64,000 nt of DNA, from the NCBI RefSeq assembly GCF_963921235.1, contig NC_086097.1, positions 6,014,001-6,078,000 on the forward strand, given 5' to 3'. The translations under genes and the position numbers were made by a program. Source of the DNA: Mobula hypostoma (taxonomy: Eukaryota). The notes below the pieces were generated by a model. That model saw nothing but the letters and a program-made list of their open reading frames with translations. It made no database searches and had not been told where the DNA came from. Positions 1-13,030 of this stretch are shown piece by piece. Every line of letters starts with the position of its first letter. Positions within the stretch are counted from its first letter, which is position 1.

Positions 1-478
1 GTCTTACAATGATGAGTAAAGTTCAGTTCAGTTCGTGGTATTGAGTTTAATAGTGATGGAGAGAGAGACAGGGAGAGATTTGAGTTTTCAGGTGAGCTGA
101 TGCCGTTGATCTTCCCATTGCCCTCTGAAATCCTTTAGAAGTCACCGACTGTGACCACAACCAAGGGGACTGTTCTTCTGTGGTGGAATTATCAACCTAG
201 GCAAGGGTCGGACACATAAATAAATCCCCACCGATCACACCTTTTTCACACTACCAGAGCCACTGATCGATCTGCCTGATCGATCCTCCAAAACCCACCT
301 TTTCTGTGGGCACAACAAAGCTCATTCAGTGTCCAAAACCATGTGTCTGTAGGTCCAACAGCCTTCGCCTCTCTGTCTCTTTCTTTCTCTCTCTTTTTAA
401 CAAGGTGTCTGTGTTCCACACCTCTCTCTCTCTCTTTCAAAAGCACAGTTCATAGGGGTAATTCAGGACCCCGTCACA
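1..478. mobile_element. Probable LTR (solo or terminal part), truncated by window edge
   Basis: Ends in ...GGACCCCGTCACA (TGT..ACA-type LTR end); contains GA/CT microsatellite tracts; non-coding. Left end is outside the window. Confidence 0.4.
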
Positions 479-756
479 AAGGAGAGTGGGTGAATATCCC
501 TGGTACACGGACCAGTATCTATATGAAGATGTGAGCATGTGAATGGGAAGCTAGTATATTTCATCAGTCATTTGGGCACATAGACCTCTATGCAGCTTAG
601 ACAATCAATGAGATATGAGATCATGGCAGATCCAAGTGTACCGTCATGTTCATGTTCCCATTAGGCTAGTGTAACCTGTTACAAATTTATTTACCTCTGC
701 TGTGAAAATATTCAAAGACTCGGCTTTTGGCATCCGCTACAAAAGAGAGTACCAGA

Positions 757-2600
757 TGCACCCCTCTCACTGGGGCTCATATACCAGCTTGGCTCATTAG
801 CTACTCTGCTAAATATGGCTCAGCTGTTCATTATCACACCTACCCGTCCACTGGCAGTCCTCCCCATTACTTCTGAGTCACCGCTGGGAGATTCAGAGAT
901 CTCTTCATCAATTTTTCAGGAGTTTGCATAAGATAAAGCATACATACTCCCATGTTCTCATCCTCTGAGTCCGTACAGTATTCTGTGGTTGGTCCCTCTT
1001 CAGGTCTTTCCGCTGAAATCACACAATTTGTCAGCGAGTTGCCTTTCTGTTCTCCTTCTTCTGTGCAGAGTTCTCCTACAAGGTGTAGGTTCTGTGTTAT
1101 GCTCCGGGTCAGCATCTACTTTCTGCCGTTGGGGTACAGGGTGATTCCGATAAAGAATTTCTGACAGGACCATTTCCATCCTCTGGTTTCACCCGGAGAA
1201 CTGGCAAATTTTACATCTGGCTGTCCATTGCGTAAGGCGTAAATACCCAGTAGTCAGCAACCTGTGCTCCCCTGGTAGTCCCAAATTTCCTATTAAAACA
1301 CTGTCTCCAGGCATCAGTTGGGAGAACCTAATTTTTTGTTCATATCTCCTCTCCTTTCCTTGATTTTGCCTGGTAGCAGAAACAGCTGCATGCCCATGAG
1401 CTTTTTGTAGATCATTCCTAATATCAGGCACATACTTGAGAATCGTCTTCTGTGGCAAGTTTTCACTGCCAGTTCCAAAATAGAGATCTACAGGTAATCT
1501 GGCTTCATGTCAAATAGTATGGTGAGCAGACAATAGCTCCATTCTGTGTACAGTTGTAGCAGCATACCAAAAGCCCAATATGCTGACTCCATTTGCTCTT
1601 TTTGCTGATATACAGGGTCCCAAGCATGTCTAACAATGTCCAGTTGAATCTTACAGGCTGAGGATCACCCAGAGGGTGATATTGTGTGGTCCTTGTCTTC
1701 TCGACCCCAAGCATGCTCGGTAACTGATGTACTCTCGAAATCCATTCTTTGATCGCTATATATCCTTCTTGGGAGACCATAATGAACAAAATACTTCTCC
1801 CATGGCACTTAGGCAACTGTGGATGCTCCCTGATTCTTTGCAGGGAAAGCTTGAGCATATCTGGTGTAGTGATCCATAATGACCAAGACTTTTGCAACGT
1901 TGCTCCATGGGGAGGAAATCCATACACACTAAATCAAGTGGCCCCACGCTCTGTAAATGGGATAATGGAGCAACTCTCGTCGGCAATGTCTTCCTCCAAA
2001 TACATCAAATGCAAAACTTACAGTACTCTTCAACCTCAGACTTCATTCGGGGATAGTAAAACCGATCTCTGACTAATTCATAGGTCTTGTCAAACCCCAA
2101 ATCACCTGAATCATCATGAATTGACTTCAACACAATATCCCAGTGCTTCTCAGCCAAACCTCATATTCTTCTTCCCCATCGGGGGTGGGCTTGACTCCAG
2201 CCTACGATAACTTCGGCCCTCTGCAGGTATACTTTGGCATTTATCAGCGAGTGAAGTAATTGTTGAAAACTTTCACATCAGACAACTTGTCTTTAAAGCC
2301 TTCACCCTCAGCTACATTTCCCCCCACTTCTTTAACAACCTTAGACCCCGAGGCAACCATAATAATGTACCTTAATTATGACACTCCTTACTTCCCCCTA
2401 ACACTAATTTAAACACGGCTTAAACACACAAATAAACCACTTAAACAATGCTTAAACGGCATTCACACAGCATCTGAAATCCCGGGAGAACCCTCACAAG
2501 TTCTACCCTATCACGAGAGCTCCTACACCATATTGGCTCATTGGCTATTCTGCTAACAGCCATGTCAATCAGTGGTGAGAAGGCCGCCTTTATAAGCAAT
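757..2600 (-). mobile_element. Decayed, internally deleted Ty3/Gypsy LTR retrotransposon (integrase remnant)
   Basis: Minus ORFs 1756-1986 (PLDLVCMDFL), 1505-1927 (RTTQYHPLGDPQPVRFNWTLLDML, SPYYL) and 1189-1458 are Gypsy integrase-like. Degenerate tRNA-Pro PBS at ~2478-2497. A ~40 bp segment (TTGGCTCATT.GCTA.TCTGCTAA) occurs at both ~790 and ~2533, consistent with paired LTR remnants. Confidence 0.7.
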
Positions 2601-3296
2601 ACACATGTAGGTTAATATGATTTGGGGTTCAACCAAACAGAGACGTCTTGATGTTCCAATTAAAGAAACCTCAATTTGATTGAATGCTGTGCAAATACTG
2701 CAAATCCACAGTTATCGGTAGCCCAGAATTGACAGATCGTACACCAGCATTAATTGTAAAGAATGTATATCAATTTTCAACTTTATCAAATGGTTAACAG
2801 TGAAAGAAAAAGAAAGATAAAATGGCCCACTACAGTTAAACCAGTCTAAATATGCACATAAACTTTGGATCTAATTTTTGTTGTAGCTGGCTGTATATCT
2901 TTATTCATGGTGCTGAACTCCCATGACCAACCATCAGTAGAACTCCCTTATTGGAATCTTCCACTTTGCAAGGCGCTCCTTGCAATCGGGACTCTCCTTT
3001 GAATGGGATTCTCCAGGTGTCTTCCCTGGTGCTCTTCTCCCAGCATTTCCCTCCAAAAATACTCCAAGCAAGACTACTGTCCTTCAGAACTCTCTTCCCA
3101 CCCACCTCTGTGGAGCCTTCTCTCTCATTCCACGATCCTGATTTGCTGACACAACTTTCCTAAGTTGGGCAACATGACTCCATATCTTCAGCTGAAGCCA
3201 AAACACTTTTACTGGCAGGACACACTGCTTTTACAGAAACTGCTAGAATAAAACAACTCACAGCATAGCAGCGGAAATCTTAACCAGGGCATTACA
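2600..3296. mobile_element. Possible solo LTR of a different family
   Basis: Ends in ...ACCAGGGCATTACA; non-coding; left boundary uncertain. Confidence 0.3.
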
Positions 3297-3365
3297 CAGA
3301 TAATAACCAGGTAGCCCATCAACACATCCAAAATTACAACCATGACACCACTCAAAATTCAAATA

Positions 3366-3580
3366 ACACAAGAGATTCTGCCGATGCGGGAGACCAAAGC
3401 AACACAGACAAAATACTGCAGGAACTCAGCAGGTCAGGCAGCATTTATGTTGGGAAGTAAACAGCCAGTGTTTTGGATTGAGACCCTTCAGACTGGAAAG
3501 GAAGGGGTTAGAAGCCAGAATAAGAAGATGGGGAGAGGGGGAGGAGTACAAGCTAGGGGGAAGGTGGGTAGGTGGGAGAG
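3366..3580 (-). mobile_element. Old Penelope-like pLTR fragment, hammerhead decayed
   Basis: GGAACTCAGCAGGTCAGGCAGCAT...GAGACCCTTCA is shared with the intact copies at 34578 and 63275; followed by a purine-rich tract. Confidence 0.65.
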
Positions 3581-4104
3581 CCGAGATGATGTGAGGAATA
3601 CTTCACTAAAGCTATTTCTGTGGGATTGGGCTGCAAAGCAAATGCCAAATGAAACTAATTGAAAATAAACTGCCCAGGTGAAAGCCGTTTGGTGATACGT
3701 CTTCACGTAGTGTAAAATTTCATGTGGAAATTCAGCACTTTTTGAAGGAAATATTTTGCATTGGTATTGAAAGGAAATGAAAGGAATCTTCAAAACTTCA
3801 AAGTTCAAAGTAAATGTATTATCAAAGTACATATATGTCACAATATACAGTCATTTTCTTGTGGGCATTCACAGAAACAATTAAGAAAAACAAATAAAAT
3901 AATAATAATAAATAAATAAGCAATGTATCAAGAACATGAGTTGAAGAGTCCTTGAAAGTGAGCCTATAGGTTGTGGGAACAGTTCAGTGTTGGGGCAAAT
4001 GTAGTTGAGTTAAGTTATCCCCTGTGTTTCAGAGCCTGATGGTTGAGGGGTAGTGACTGTTCCTGAACCTGGTGCCATGGGTCCTGAAGATTCTCTAACG
4101 ACTA

Positions 4105-6002
4105 TATCAGAATCAGAATCAGGTTTGTTATCACCGGCATGTGTCGTGAAAGATGCTAACTTATCAGCAGCAGTCAAATGCAATACATAATATAGAAGAA
4201 AATTCAAAATCAAAATAATAAATAAATGAATACATTGCAGTATATGTAAATTAAACAGATTAAAAACATGCAAATAAGCATAAATAATATATATTAAAAA
4301 AGTGAGGTAGTGCTCAGGGGTTCAATGTCCATTTGGGAAATGAATTGCAGAGGGGAAGAAGCTGTTCCTGAATAGCTGAGTGTGTTCCTTCAGGCTTCTG
4401 TACCTCCTACCTGATGGTAACAGTGGGAAAAGGGCATGTCCTGGTGCTGGGGGTCCTTAATAATGGATGCTGCCTTTCTGGGACACCGCTCCTTGAAGAT
4501 GTCCAGGATACTTTTCAGGCTAGTACCCAAGATGGAGCTGACTAGATTTACAACCCTCTGCGGCTTCCTTTGGTCCTGTACAGTAGCACCCCCATACCAG
4601 ACAGTGATGTAGCCTGTCAGAATGCTCTCCATGGTACATCCATAGAAGTTTTGGAGTGTATTTGTTGACATATCAAATCTCTTCAAAATCCTAATGAAGT
4701 ATAGCCGCTGTCTTCTTTATAACTGCATTGATATGTTGGGACCAGGTTAGATCCTTAGAGATCTTGACATCCAAGATCTCGAAACTCCTCACTCTCTCCA
4801 CTTCTGATCCCTCTATGAGGATTGGTATGTGTTCCTTTGTCTTAATCTTCCTAAAGTACACAATCAGCTCTTTTGTCTTACTGACGTTGAGTGCCATGTT
4901 ATTGCTGTGACACCAGTGCAATAATTGGCATACCTCACTCCTGTAGCCCTCTCGTCACCACCTGAGATTCTACCAACAATGGTTGCATCATCAGCAAAAT
5001 TTTAGATGGTATTTGAGCTATGCCTAGAAAGTAGGGCACTGGGCTAAGCACACACACACACACACACACACACCTGAGGTGCACCAGTGTTGGTCGTCAG
5101 CTGAAGACGAGATGTTACCAATACGTACAAATTGTGGTCTTCTGGTTAGGAAGTCGAGGATCCAATTGCCGAAGGAGGTACAGAGGCCCAGGTTCTACAA
5201 CTTCTCAATCAGGATTGTGGGAATGATGGCATTAAATGCTGAGTTATAGTCGATGAATAACATCCTGATGTAGGTGTCTGTGTTGTCCAGGTGGTCTAAA
5301 ACTATTGAGATTGCATCTGCCATTGACCTATTGTGGTGAGAGGCAAATTGCAATGGGTCCAGGTCTTTGCTGAGGCAGGAGTTCAGTCTAGTCATGATCA
5401 ATCTCTCAAAACATTTCATCACTGTAGATGTGAAGTGCTACCCGGTGATAGTCATTAAGGTAGCTCACATTACTCTTCTTAGGCACTGGTATAATTGTTG
5501 CCTTTTTGAAGCAAGTGGGAACTTTTGCCCATAGCAGTGAGAGGTTGAAAATGTCCTTGAATGCTCCTGCCCGCTGTATTACACAGGTTTTCAGAGCCTT
5601 ACCAGGTACTCCATCAGGACCTTCCACCTTGCAAGGGTTCACTCTCTTTAAAGACAGCCTAACATTGGCCTCCGAGTCAGAGATCACAGGGTCATCAGAT
5701 GCAGCAGGGATCTTCACAGCTGTAGTTATATTCTCCCTTGCAAAGCGTGCATAGAATACGTTGAGTTCATCTGGTAGTGAAGTATTGCTGCCACTCATGC
5801 TATTGGGTTTCGCTTTGAAGGAAATAATGTCTTGCAAACCCTGCCAGAGTTGTTGTACATCCCATGTCATCTCCAACCTCATTTGAAATTGTCTCTTTGC
5901 CCTTTAACTAGCTCTCTGCAAGTCATACCTGGTTTGCTGGTACAGGCCTGGGTCACCAGACTTGAATGCCACAGATCTAGCCTTCAGCAGATGACGTAGC
6001 TC
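4105..6002 (-). mobile_element. Rex1/Babar-clade LINE, 5'-truncated, frameshifted RT
   Basis: Minus ORFs with [39 protein letters not shown] motifs; (TTCTGA)n-type 3' tail at ~4105-4122. Confidence 0.85.
5049..5072. repeat. (CA)12 microsatellite
   Basis: Direct reading; lies inside the Rex1 RT coding remnant. Confidence 0.95.
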
Positions 6003-7412
6003 CTGATGGCAGCAGCAAGAAGAGAGCGAGGGGTCCGTGATGATGGCTGCTGCTTTCCTGAGGCAGCACTGTATGTAGAAGTGCTCAACAGTGGAGAAGG
6101 CTTTACCCATGATGGACTGGCCAGTATCCACTCCAGGAGGTAAGTACTCCACTCTTGTCATTGGTTCATTATGTGCTGTGATGTATGACATGGGGGATTG
6201 CGATTTTTCCATGACCATAGTTGTCCCTGGTAATTTTTCCTACAGAAGTGGTTTGCCATTGCCTTCTTCTGGGCAGTGTCTTTAGAAGACACATGACCCC
6301 AGCCATTACCAATACTCTTCAGAGATTGCCAGCCTGTCGTGAGTGACCACATAGCCAAGACTTGAGATAAGCACGAACTGCTCATACGACAAACCATAGC
6401 TTGATGTGATCCTGATCGGGGTGGGTAGGGCTAAGCAGGTGATACGCCTTACCCAAGGGTGATCAGCAGGCGAGCGAAGGGAAGGAATACCTTACACCTG
6501 CTTTGATAGAGACATACCTCCACTTCACCACACTTTATAATCATTTTGGTTCTTCAGCGCAATAGTGAAGATGAGTTCAAGATTGTGTGATGCTATTTCT
6601 AGTGCACAAGTGTAAAGGAGAACAAAATAATTGCTACTCAGGATCTGAAGCAGCACAAAAAAACACAAGAAGAAAAAGAACAGCAATATTAAAAAAACAC
6701 AATAAATATAAATACATAAGATAGCTTCTCTACATAGATTGATTATGTCCATAAAGTGACACCAAGGTGTACATAAAGTGATGGATGGGAAATAATAATA
6801 AAGTAGAGGTGGATTTAGTGGATGGAGGTTTTGATCAGCCTTACTGCTTGGGCTAAGTAACTGTTTATAGGCTTGAGCAGTTATAGACAGAGGGAAAGAT
6901 CTGATAATGTGAATATAAAGATAGAATTTTAACCTGCTTAACTAGAAGCATATGTTTGTCTGCAACCATATGGCTGGCAGGTGAACAGAGCTTATAGGTA
7001 TCAGAGTTTTCATTGTCCTCAGGAATACAGGGGCCAATCTGAATTGCAAAGGAATGCGAGGTCAGTGGATAGCAAATGCATGGATCCGGGTTTCACCTGG
7101 AGATCAAATAATGTTGTCAGAAGCTTTCTGAAAACTTCAGTGTTCCTGACAGATAAGTTGGCACGGAAGTGTTTACAATTGTAATCTGTGTATTATATCA
7201 CCATGAATGAATGCAGAAAAAGAATGCTCTGGATAAAGTCGAGATTAAAACTTAATAGCTTCTCAGAAACCAATTTAAGAGAAATGGTTCCAGATTGTCT
7301 GAAATGGCTAGCATGAGGGGACATAGTATTAAGGTGCTTGGAAATAGGTAAAGGGTGATGTCAGGGGTAAGTTTTTCACACAGAGAGTGGTGGGTGCCTG
7401 GAAAGCACTGCC

Positions 7413-8766
7413 TGTCACAATGGGGGGGTGTTGATGGTGGACCCAAGTGCAAGACAGATACTGAAGTTCTAGGAACAAGACAAGGAAGCAGGACCTGGGC
7501 TAGGACATGGACAAGAAACAGGGAAACTGGACATGAAACTATGAACAAGGGGCCTGGGCTTGTACCCTGAGCCAGAGACTAGACAAGGACCCAGAACCTG
7601 GGTCTTGCCTTGGGCTCAGGCCCCAGAAACAGGCAAGGACATGACATGACTGTGGGACTGGAGGCTGGGGTCTAGAGGCTTGAGGCTTGGAGACAGGCTT
7701 GGGGTCTTGAAGCTTGAGGCTTTGAGAGAGGCTTGGGGTCTTGAGGCTAGAGGCTTGGAGTCTTGAGGCTTGGGATCTTGAGGCTTGGAGTGAGGCTTGA
7801 GGTATTGAGACTTGAGGCTAGGAGACAGGCTTGGGGTCTTGGGGCTTGAGGCTAGGAGACAGGGTTGGGGTCTTGGGGATTGAGGCTAGGAGGCAGGCTT
7901 GGGGTCTTGAGGCTTGAGGCTTGGGGTCTTTGGTCTTGGGTCTAGGGTACTTCGAGGCTTGGGTATGGACTCCGAGCCAGAGACTGGGCAAGGACCCAGA
8001 ATCTGGGACTTGACTCGGGCTCAGACTCCAGAACTAGGTGAGGACAAGACAAGGCTACAGGACTGGACATAGCTTGGGTGAGGAACTCCTAGGTAGGGCG
8101 AGACACAAGGACAGGTAAAGGCACATGGACAGGACTCGGATAGGACTGGACTAGGCTCGGACTGGACGAGGGCTTTCAGGAGCACAGAGCCTTGGACTAG
8201 AAGAGATAGGATCACAGAACACAGAGCCGGGACCCCTCCTCCTTGGGAACAGGATGTAGTGCCAGAACTCATACACATAACACAGAGCCAGGACCCCTCC
8301 TTGGGAACAGGACGTAGGGCTGGGACTCATACACAGAATGCTGAACATGAAGAGACGGATCCTAACACAAGGTGGCAGCAAATGGCCAGACCCACCTAGC
8401 GAAGGCGAGGACACAGAGACAGTTCCCAACACTAGGAAGCGGCTAACAGCCAGACCTACCTAGCAAAGGAGTGGGCAAGCTCCGGTCTTGCTCCAGCAGT
8501 AAAACTTCAGCAATACAGGCGAAGTATACAGGCAGGGTATCCAGGCTAGGTGAGCAGGCAGAGAGTCAGGCGAGAGAGGAAAGACAAGGAGGGGAACAGG
8601 ACAGTCCAGCAGGGAATCCCTGGTTTGCAGAGGTATTTATGTCTCAGCCCCAAAATGAGAATCATGTGCCTATAACAGAAACTGGGGAAAACCAGAAACC
8701 CCGGAATAAGGAACTATGGACCAGACCGTGAACTGGAATACAGACTTCATGCACCGAACCATGACA
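7413..8766. mobile_element. Solo LTR (Gypsy-type) with internal tandem repeats, inserted in a CR1 3' fragment
   Basis: Termini TGTCA...TGACA; flanks CTGCC/CTGCT (imperfect TSD); the interrupted CR1 3' sequence resumes on both sides. Confidence 0.75.
7660..7962. repeat. Degenerate GAGGCTT/GGGGTCTT minisatellite inside the solo LTR
   Basis: Many tandem GAGGCTT(GG) and GGGGTCTT units. Confidence 0.85.
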
Positions 8767-9302
8767 CTGCTAGTGATGGTGGTGGAGAAAGATACAACAG
8801 AGTTTCTAGAGGAGATTAAATGGTCAGCACAACATTGTGGACTAAAGGGCCTGTAATGTGCTGTAGATTTCTATGTTTCTATGAAACTGTTGGAAGACAT
8901 CCTATGAATAACATTGTGGAATCAGTTTCACAATAGAACTGAATAATGGTTAAACTTTAATCCTCTAATTCTTCTTATTTATTGACTCTTCACCAGCTTT
9001 TCCATCTGTTCTGTCTTATCGCATTAGTATATCATTCGTACTCTGTAAAGATACAATATAATTATGAAATAAATGTTGCCAGAAGATTTTACGGATGATA
9101 CAGAACAATATCTGGATTTTAGTTTGCAGGATTTAATCCTTCAAGATTCAAGATTGCTCAATGTCATTTCCAGTACACAAGTGGAAAGGAAAACAAAATA
9201 ATCTTTACTCTGGATCGGATGCAGCACAAAAAATATAATAAAGGTAAAGAAGACAATAATAAACCATCATAAATATAATACATAAGGCAGCTTATAAAGA
9301 TA

Positions 9303-10927
9303 CAGTGCCTATAAAAAGTATTTACCTCCCCTTGGAAGTTTTCAAGTTTTATGGTTTTACAACACTGAATCATAATCGATTTAATTTGGTCCTTTTTGAC
9401 ACTGATCACAGGAAAAGACTCGTGTCAAAGTGAAAACAGATCTCTGCAAAGTGTTCAAAATTAATTACAAATATAAAACACAAAATAATTGATTCCTTAA
9501 GTATTCATCCCCTTTAATATGACACAACAAATCATCACTAGTACAGTCAATTGGTTTTAGAAGTCACATAATTAGCTAAGATGTCAGAGCTATAGATAAA
9601 CCTGTATGTAGTCAAGGTGTTTCAATTGATTGTAGTAAAACAACACCTGTATATGGAAGGTCCAATTGCTGGTGAGTCAATATCCTGGCAAAAACTACAC
9701 CATGAAGACAAAAGAACACTCTAAGCATCTGTGAAAGAGGTTATTGAAAAGTATAAGTCAGGAGATGGATACATGAATATTTCCAAGTCACTAAACATCT
9801 CTTGGAGTGCAGTTAAGCCAATCATAAAGAAATGGAAAAATAATATGGCATAACTGCAAATCTGCCAAGAGCAGGCTGCCCTCGAAAACTGAGTGACCAT
9901 GCAAGAAAGGGACTAGTGAGGGAGGCCACCAAGAAACCTACAACAACTCTGGTGAAGTTACAAACTTCAGTTACTGTGGTGGGAGAGATGTACATGCAAC
10001 AACTGCTGCCCGGGTACTTCACGAGTTGCAACTTGATGGGAGAGTGGTGAAGAGAAAGCCACTGTTGAAAAAAACCCACATGAAATCCTGGCTAGCGTTT
10101 GCCATAAGGCATGTGGGAAGCTCTGACGTCAGCAGGAAGAAGGTTCTATGGGCTGATGAAGCCAAAAGTGAACTTTTTGGCCATCAGACTAAATGCCATG
10201 TTTGGCATAAGTCAAATACCACACATCATCAAAAACACAGCACCCTTACTGTGAAGCATGGTGGTGGCCGCATCATGCTGTGGGGATGCTTCACTGCAGC
10301 AGGCTCTGGAAGACTTCTGAAGATAGAAGGCAAAATCAAAGCAGGAAAATACAGGAAAACCTGATGCAGTCTGCAAGAGAACTGTGACTTGGGAGAAGAT
10401 ATGGTTTCCAGCAAGACATTGACCCCAAGCATAAAGCCAAAGCTACACAGGAATGGCTTAAAAACAACAAAGTTAATGTCCTGGAGTGGCCAAGTCAGAG
10501 TCCAGACTTCAATCTAATTGAGAATTTGTGACTGGACTTGAAAAGGGCTGTTCACTCACAATCCCCATGCAATCTGACAGAGCTTGAACAAGTTTGTGAA
10601 GAAGAATGGGGAAAATTGCAGTGTCCAGATGTGCAAAGCTTATAGAGACCAATCCACATAGACTCAAAGCTATAATTGCTGCCAAATGTGCATCTACTAA
10701 ATACTGACTTGAAGGGGGCGAATAACTATGCAATCAATTATTTTGTGTTTTATATTTGTAATTAATTTTGATTATTTTGTAGAGATTTGTTTTCACTTTG
10801 CATGAAAGTGTCTTTTTTTCTGTTGAACAGTGTCAAAAAAGTCAAATTAAATACATTCTGATTCTATGTTGTAAAACAATAAAAAATGAAAACTTTCAAG
10901 GGGTGTGAATAATTTTTACAGGTACTG
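9303..10927 (+). mobile_element. Tc1/mariner DNA transposon, near full length, transposase disrupted
   Basis: Starts TA|CAGTGCC and ends GTACTG; ~200 bp inverted repeats. Transposase remnant ~9702-10708 with [34 protein letters not shown] and [10 protein letters not shown] (DD34E) motifs. Confidence 0.93.
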
Positions 10928-11253
10928 GAGATTGATTGTTGTCCATGAAGTGACACCAGGCACAGGAGTGTCTGCACATAAGGTGACTGACAGCAAATGA
11001 TAAAGTAGTGGTGGTTGAGCAGTGGCCACAAATTCTCAAAGTTGGGGGTGTAGAGGGGTGAGTTAGTGGGTGGCGGTGTTCAACAGCTGTCCTGTTTTGG
11101 GAAATTATCTGGTTTTGAGTCTGCTGGTCCTATCGAGGATGCTATGTAGCTTCCTCCCTGATGGGAGTGGGACAAACAGACCATGAGCATGGTGAGTGGG
11201 ATCCTTCATGATCCTTCAGGATATCTGTTGTACTCAGAATGAGTACATTTAGA

Positions 11254-11458
11254 CAGTTGTGGATGGGTTTGGCCAGTTCAATGCTGTGTATCCTCAGCTG
11301 CGGATTGGATTGTCCAATACAATGTTGTGTATCATCAGCTGTGGATGCGATTGTCCAATACAATGTTGTGTATCATCAGCTGTGGATGCGATTGTCCAAT
11401 GCAATGTTGTGTATCATCAGCTGTGGATGGGATTATCCAATGCAATGCTGTGTATCAT
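11254..11458. repeat. 41-bp minisatellite, 5 copies
   Basis: Units start at 11254, 11295, 11336, 11377 and 11418; consensus CAGCTGTGGATGCGATTGTCCAATACAATGTTGTGTATCAT. Confidence 0.92.
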
Positions 11459-11664
11459 GACACTTAGATTGTTGACTGTCACCTCCCTGTCTTTGTACGC
11501 TTGCAAATTCTCCCAGAACACAAAACTGTACTTTTCATTGTCAAATCCCTCTGGACTCCAGTGTAATTCACACCTGCAACTATCTGCAGATTTATTTTCC
11601 TTTAAACAAAAGGAATGCAATTATATGGAAGATTTAATTGCTTGAGGACAGGAAAAAATTGTTA

Positions 11665-11898
11665 GGGCAGCATGGTAGTGTAGTGGTTAGCATGACCTTG
11701 TTACAGTTTGGGCTGTCAGAGGTTGGAGTTCCTTTCTGATGCCATCTGTAGGAAGATTGTACATTTTCCTTTCTGATGCCATCCGTAGGAAGATTGTATG
11801 TTTTCCCCGTGCATTTCCTCCCACAGTCCAAGTCCATTAGTAGGTTAATTGGTCTTTATAAATTGTCCTGTCATTAGGCTAGGGTTAAATAGGTGGTT
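11665..11898 (+). mobile_element. tRNA-derived SINE (elasmobranch HE1/V-SINE-like), decayed
   Basis: GGCAGCATGGTAGTGTAGTGGTTAGC A-box-like head; body ends ATTAGGCTAGGGTTAAATA, as in the copy at 12736. Confidence 0.65.
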
Positions 11899-12735
11899 CA
11901 AATGTTCAAATTTGTTGTAAATTAATTATCGAAGTACATAATGTCACCATATAGAATCCTGAGATTCATTTTCTCGTGGGCATACTTAGTAAATCCAAGA
12001 ACCATGATAAAATCAATGGATGACCACACCCAACAGGACGGACAAACAACCAATGTTCAAACGGCAGCAAACTGTGCAATTACAAAGGAGAAAATAAATA
12101 GTTAAAAAAAAACAATAAATACCAAGAACATGAGATGAAGAGTTTTTGAAAGTGATTGACGGTGAGAGCCATGCAGCTGGTTGGGTTGGAAAGGTCCTTC
12201 CTGCACTGTATCTCTAAATAAAGAATAACAGAAAAAAATAACAAAAGAACTGAAAAGGGCTGGAATTGTTGGAATTGTGTGGATTAGTGTAAGAGTAGTG
12301 GTTGATAGTTAGCCTGGGTTTAATAGACTGTTTCCATGAAACTAAAATGCTTCATAAAATCACGATAAATTAAAGCATGGTCGGGCCCTTGCGCCAGCTC
12401 GACCATTTGACAAAGTCATGACTAATCCCCCACCACAGCTCCACTTTCTGCTTTTTGTGGAGCAGAATCTGTTACGTTTGTTCTTAATAAAGCCAAGCCT
12501 GTATGGTTTCAGGTTGACCACGTTTTATTCGAGACACCCAGCCGGCCAAGAATCAAATAGCTTAATTCTGCTTCTATGGTTTTTCCCATCCACTCCTTTT
12601 AACATTTGATTCTCTGCAAACTAAAACTCGATTGATAATCAGTCTCAAATGACTTCAGAGTCAGTGGGAAACAGGGCAGTCCATGGTACCCAGCAATACA
12701 GCTGGTCACAAGGTCAGGCAATTTACATTAGCCAT

Positions 12736-13030
12736 GGGGCGTCACAGTAGTGTAGTGTTAACGCAATGGTTTACAGTACCAGCAGCCACATTCAACTCCT
12801 GCCACCGTCTTTCAGGAGCTTGTGCGCGCTCCCCGTGAACCCTGCAGGTTACTTCTGCGTGCTCCAGTTTCGTCCTGCTGGCAGGTAAATTGTCTTGTGA
12901 TTAGGCTAGGGTTAAATAAGTGAGCTGCTGGTCCGTGTAGTTCAAAAGGCCTATTCTGTGCTGTAGCTCAATAAATAAACAAGCAGACAAATAAGTAAGT
13001 AAGTAAATAAATAAATAAATAAATAAACAT
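12736..13030 (+). mobile_element. tRNA-derived SINE, decayed, with (TAAA)n tail
   Basis: tRNA-like head GTAGTGTAGTGTTAACGC; shared ATTAGGCTAGGGTTAAATA block; TAAA tail. Confidence 0.65.

Noticed and set aside
11254..11458. CRISPR-like regular repeats (also 20711-21114)
   Set aside because: Head-to-tail units with no unique spacers, no cas genes and a eukaryotic context.
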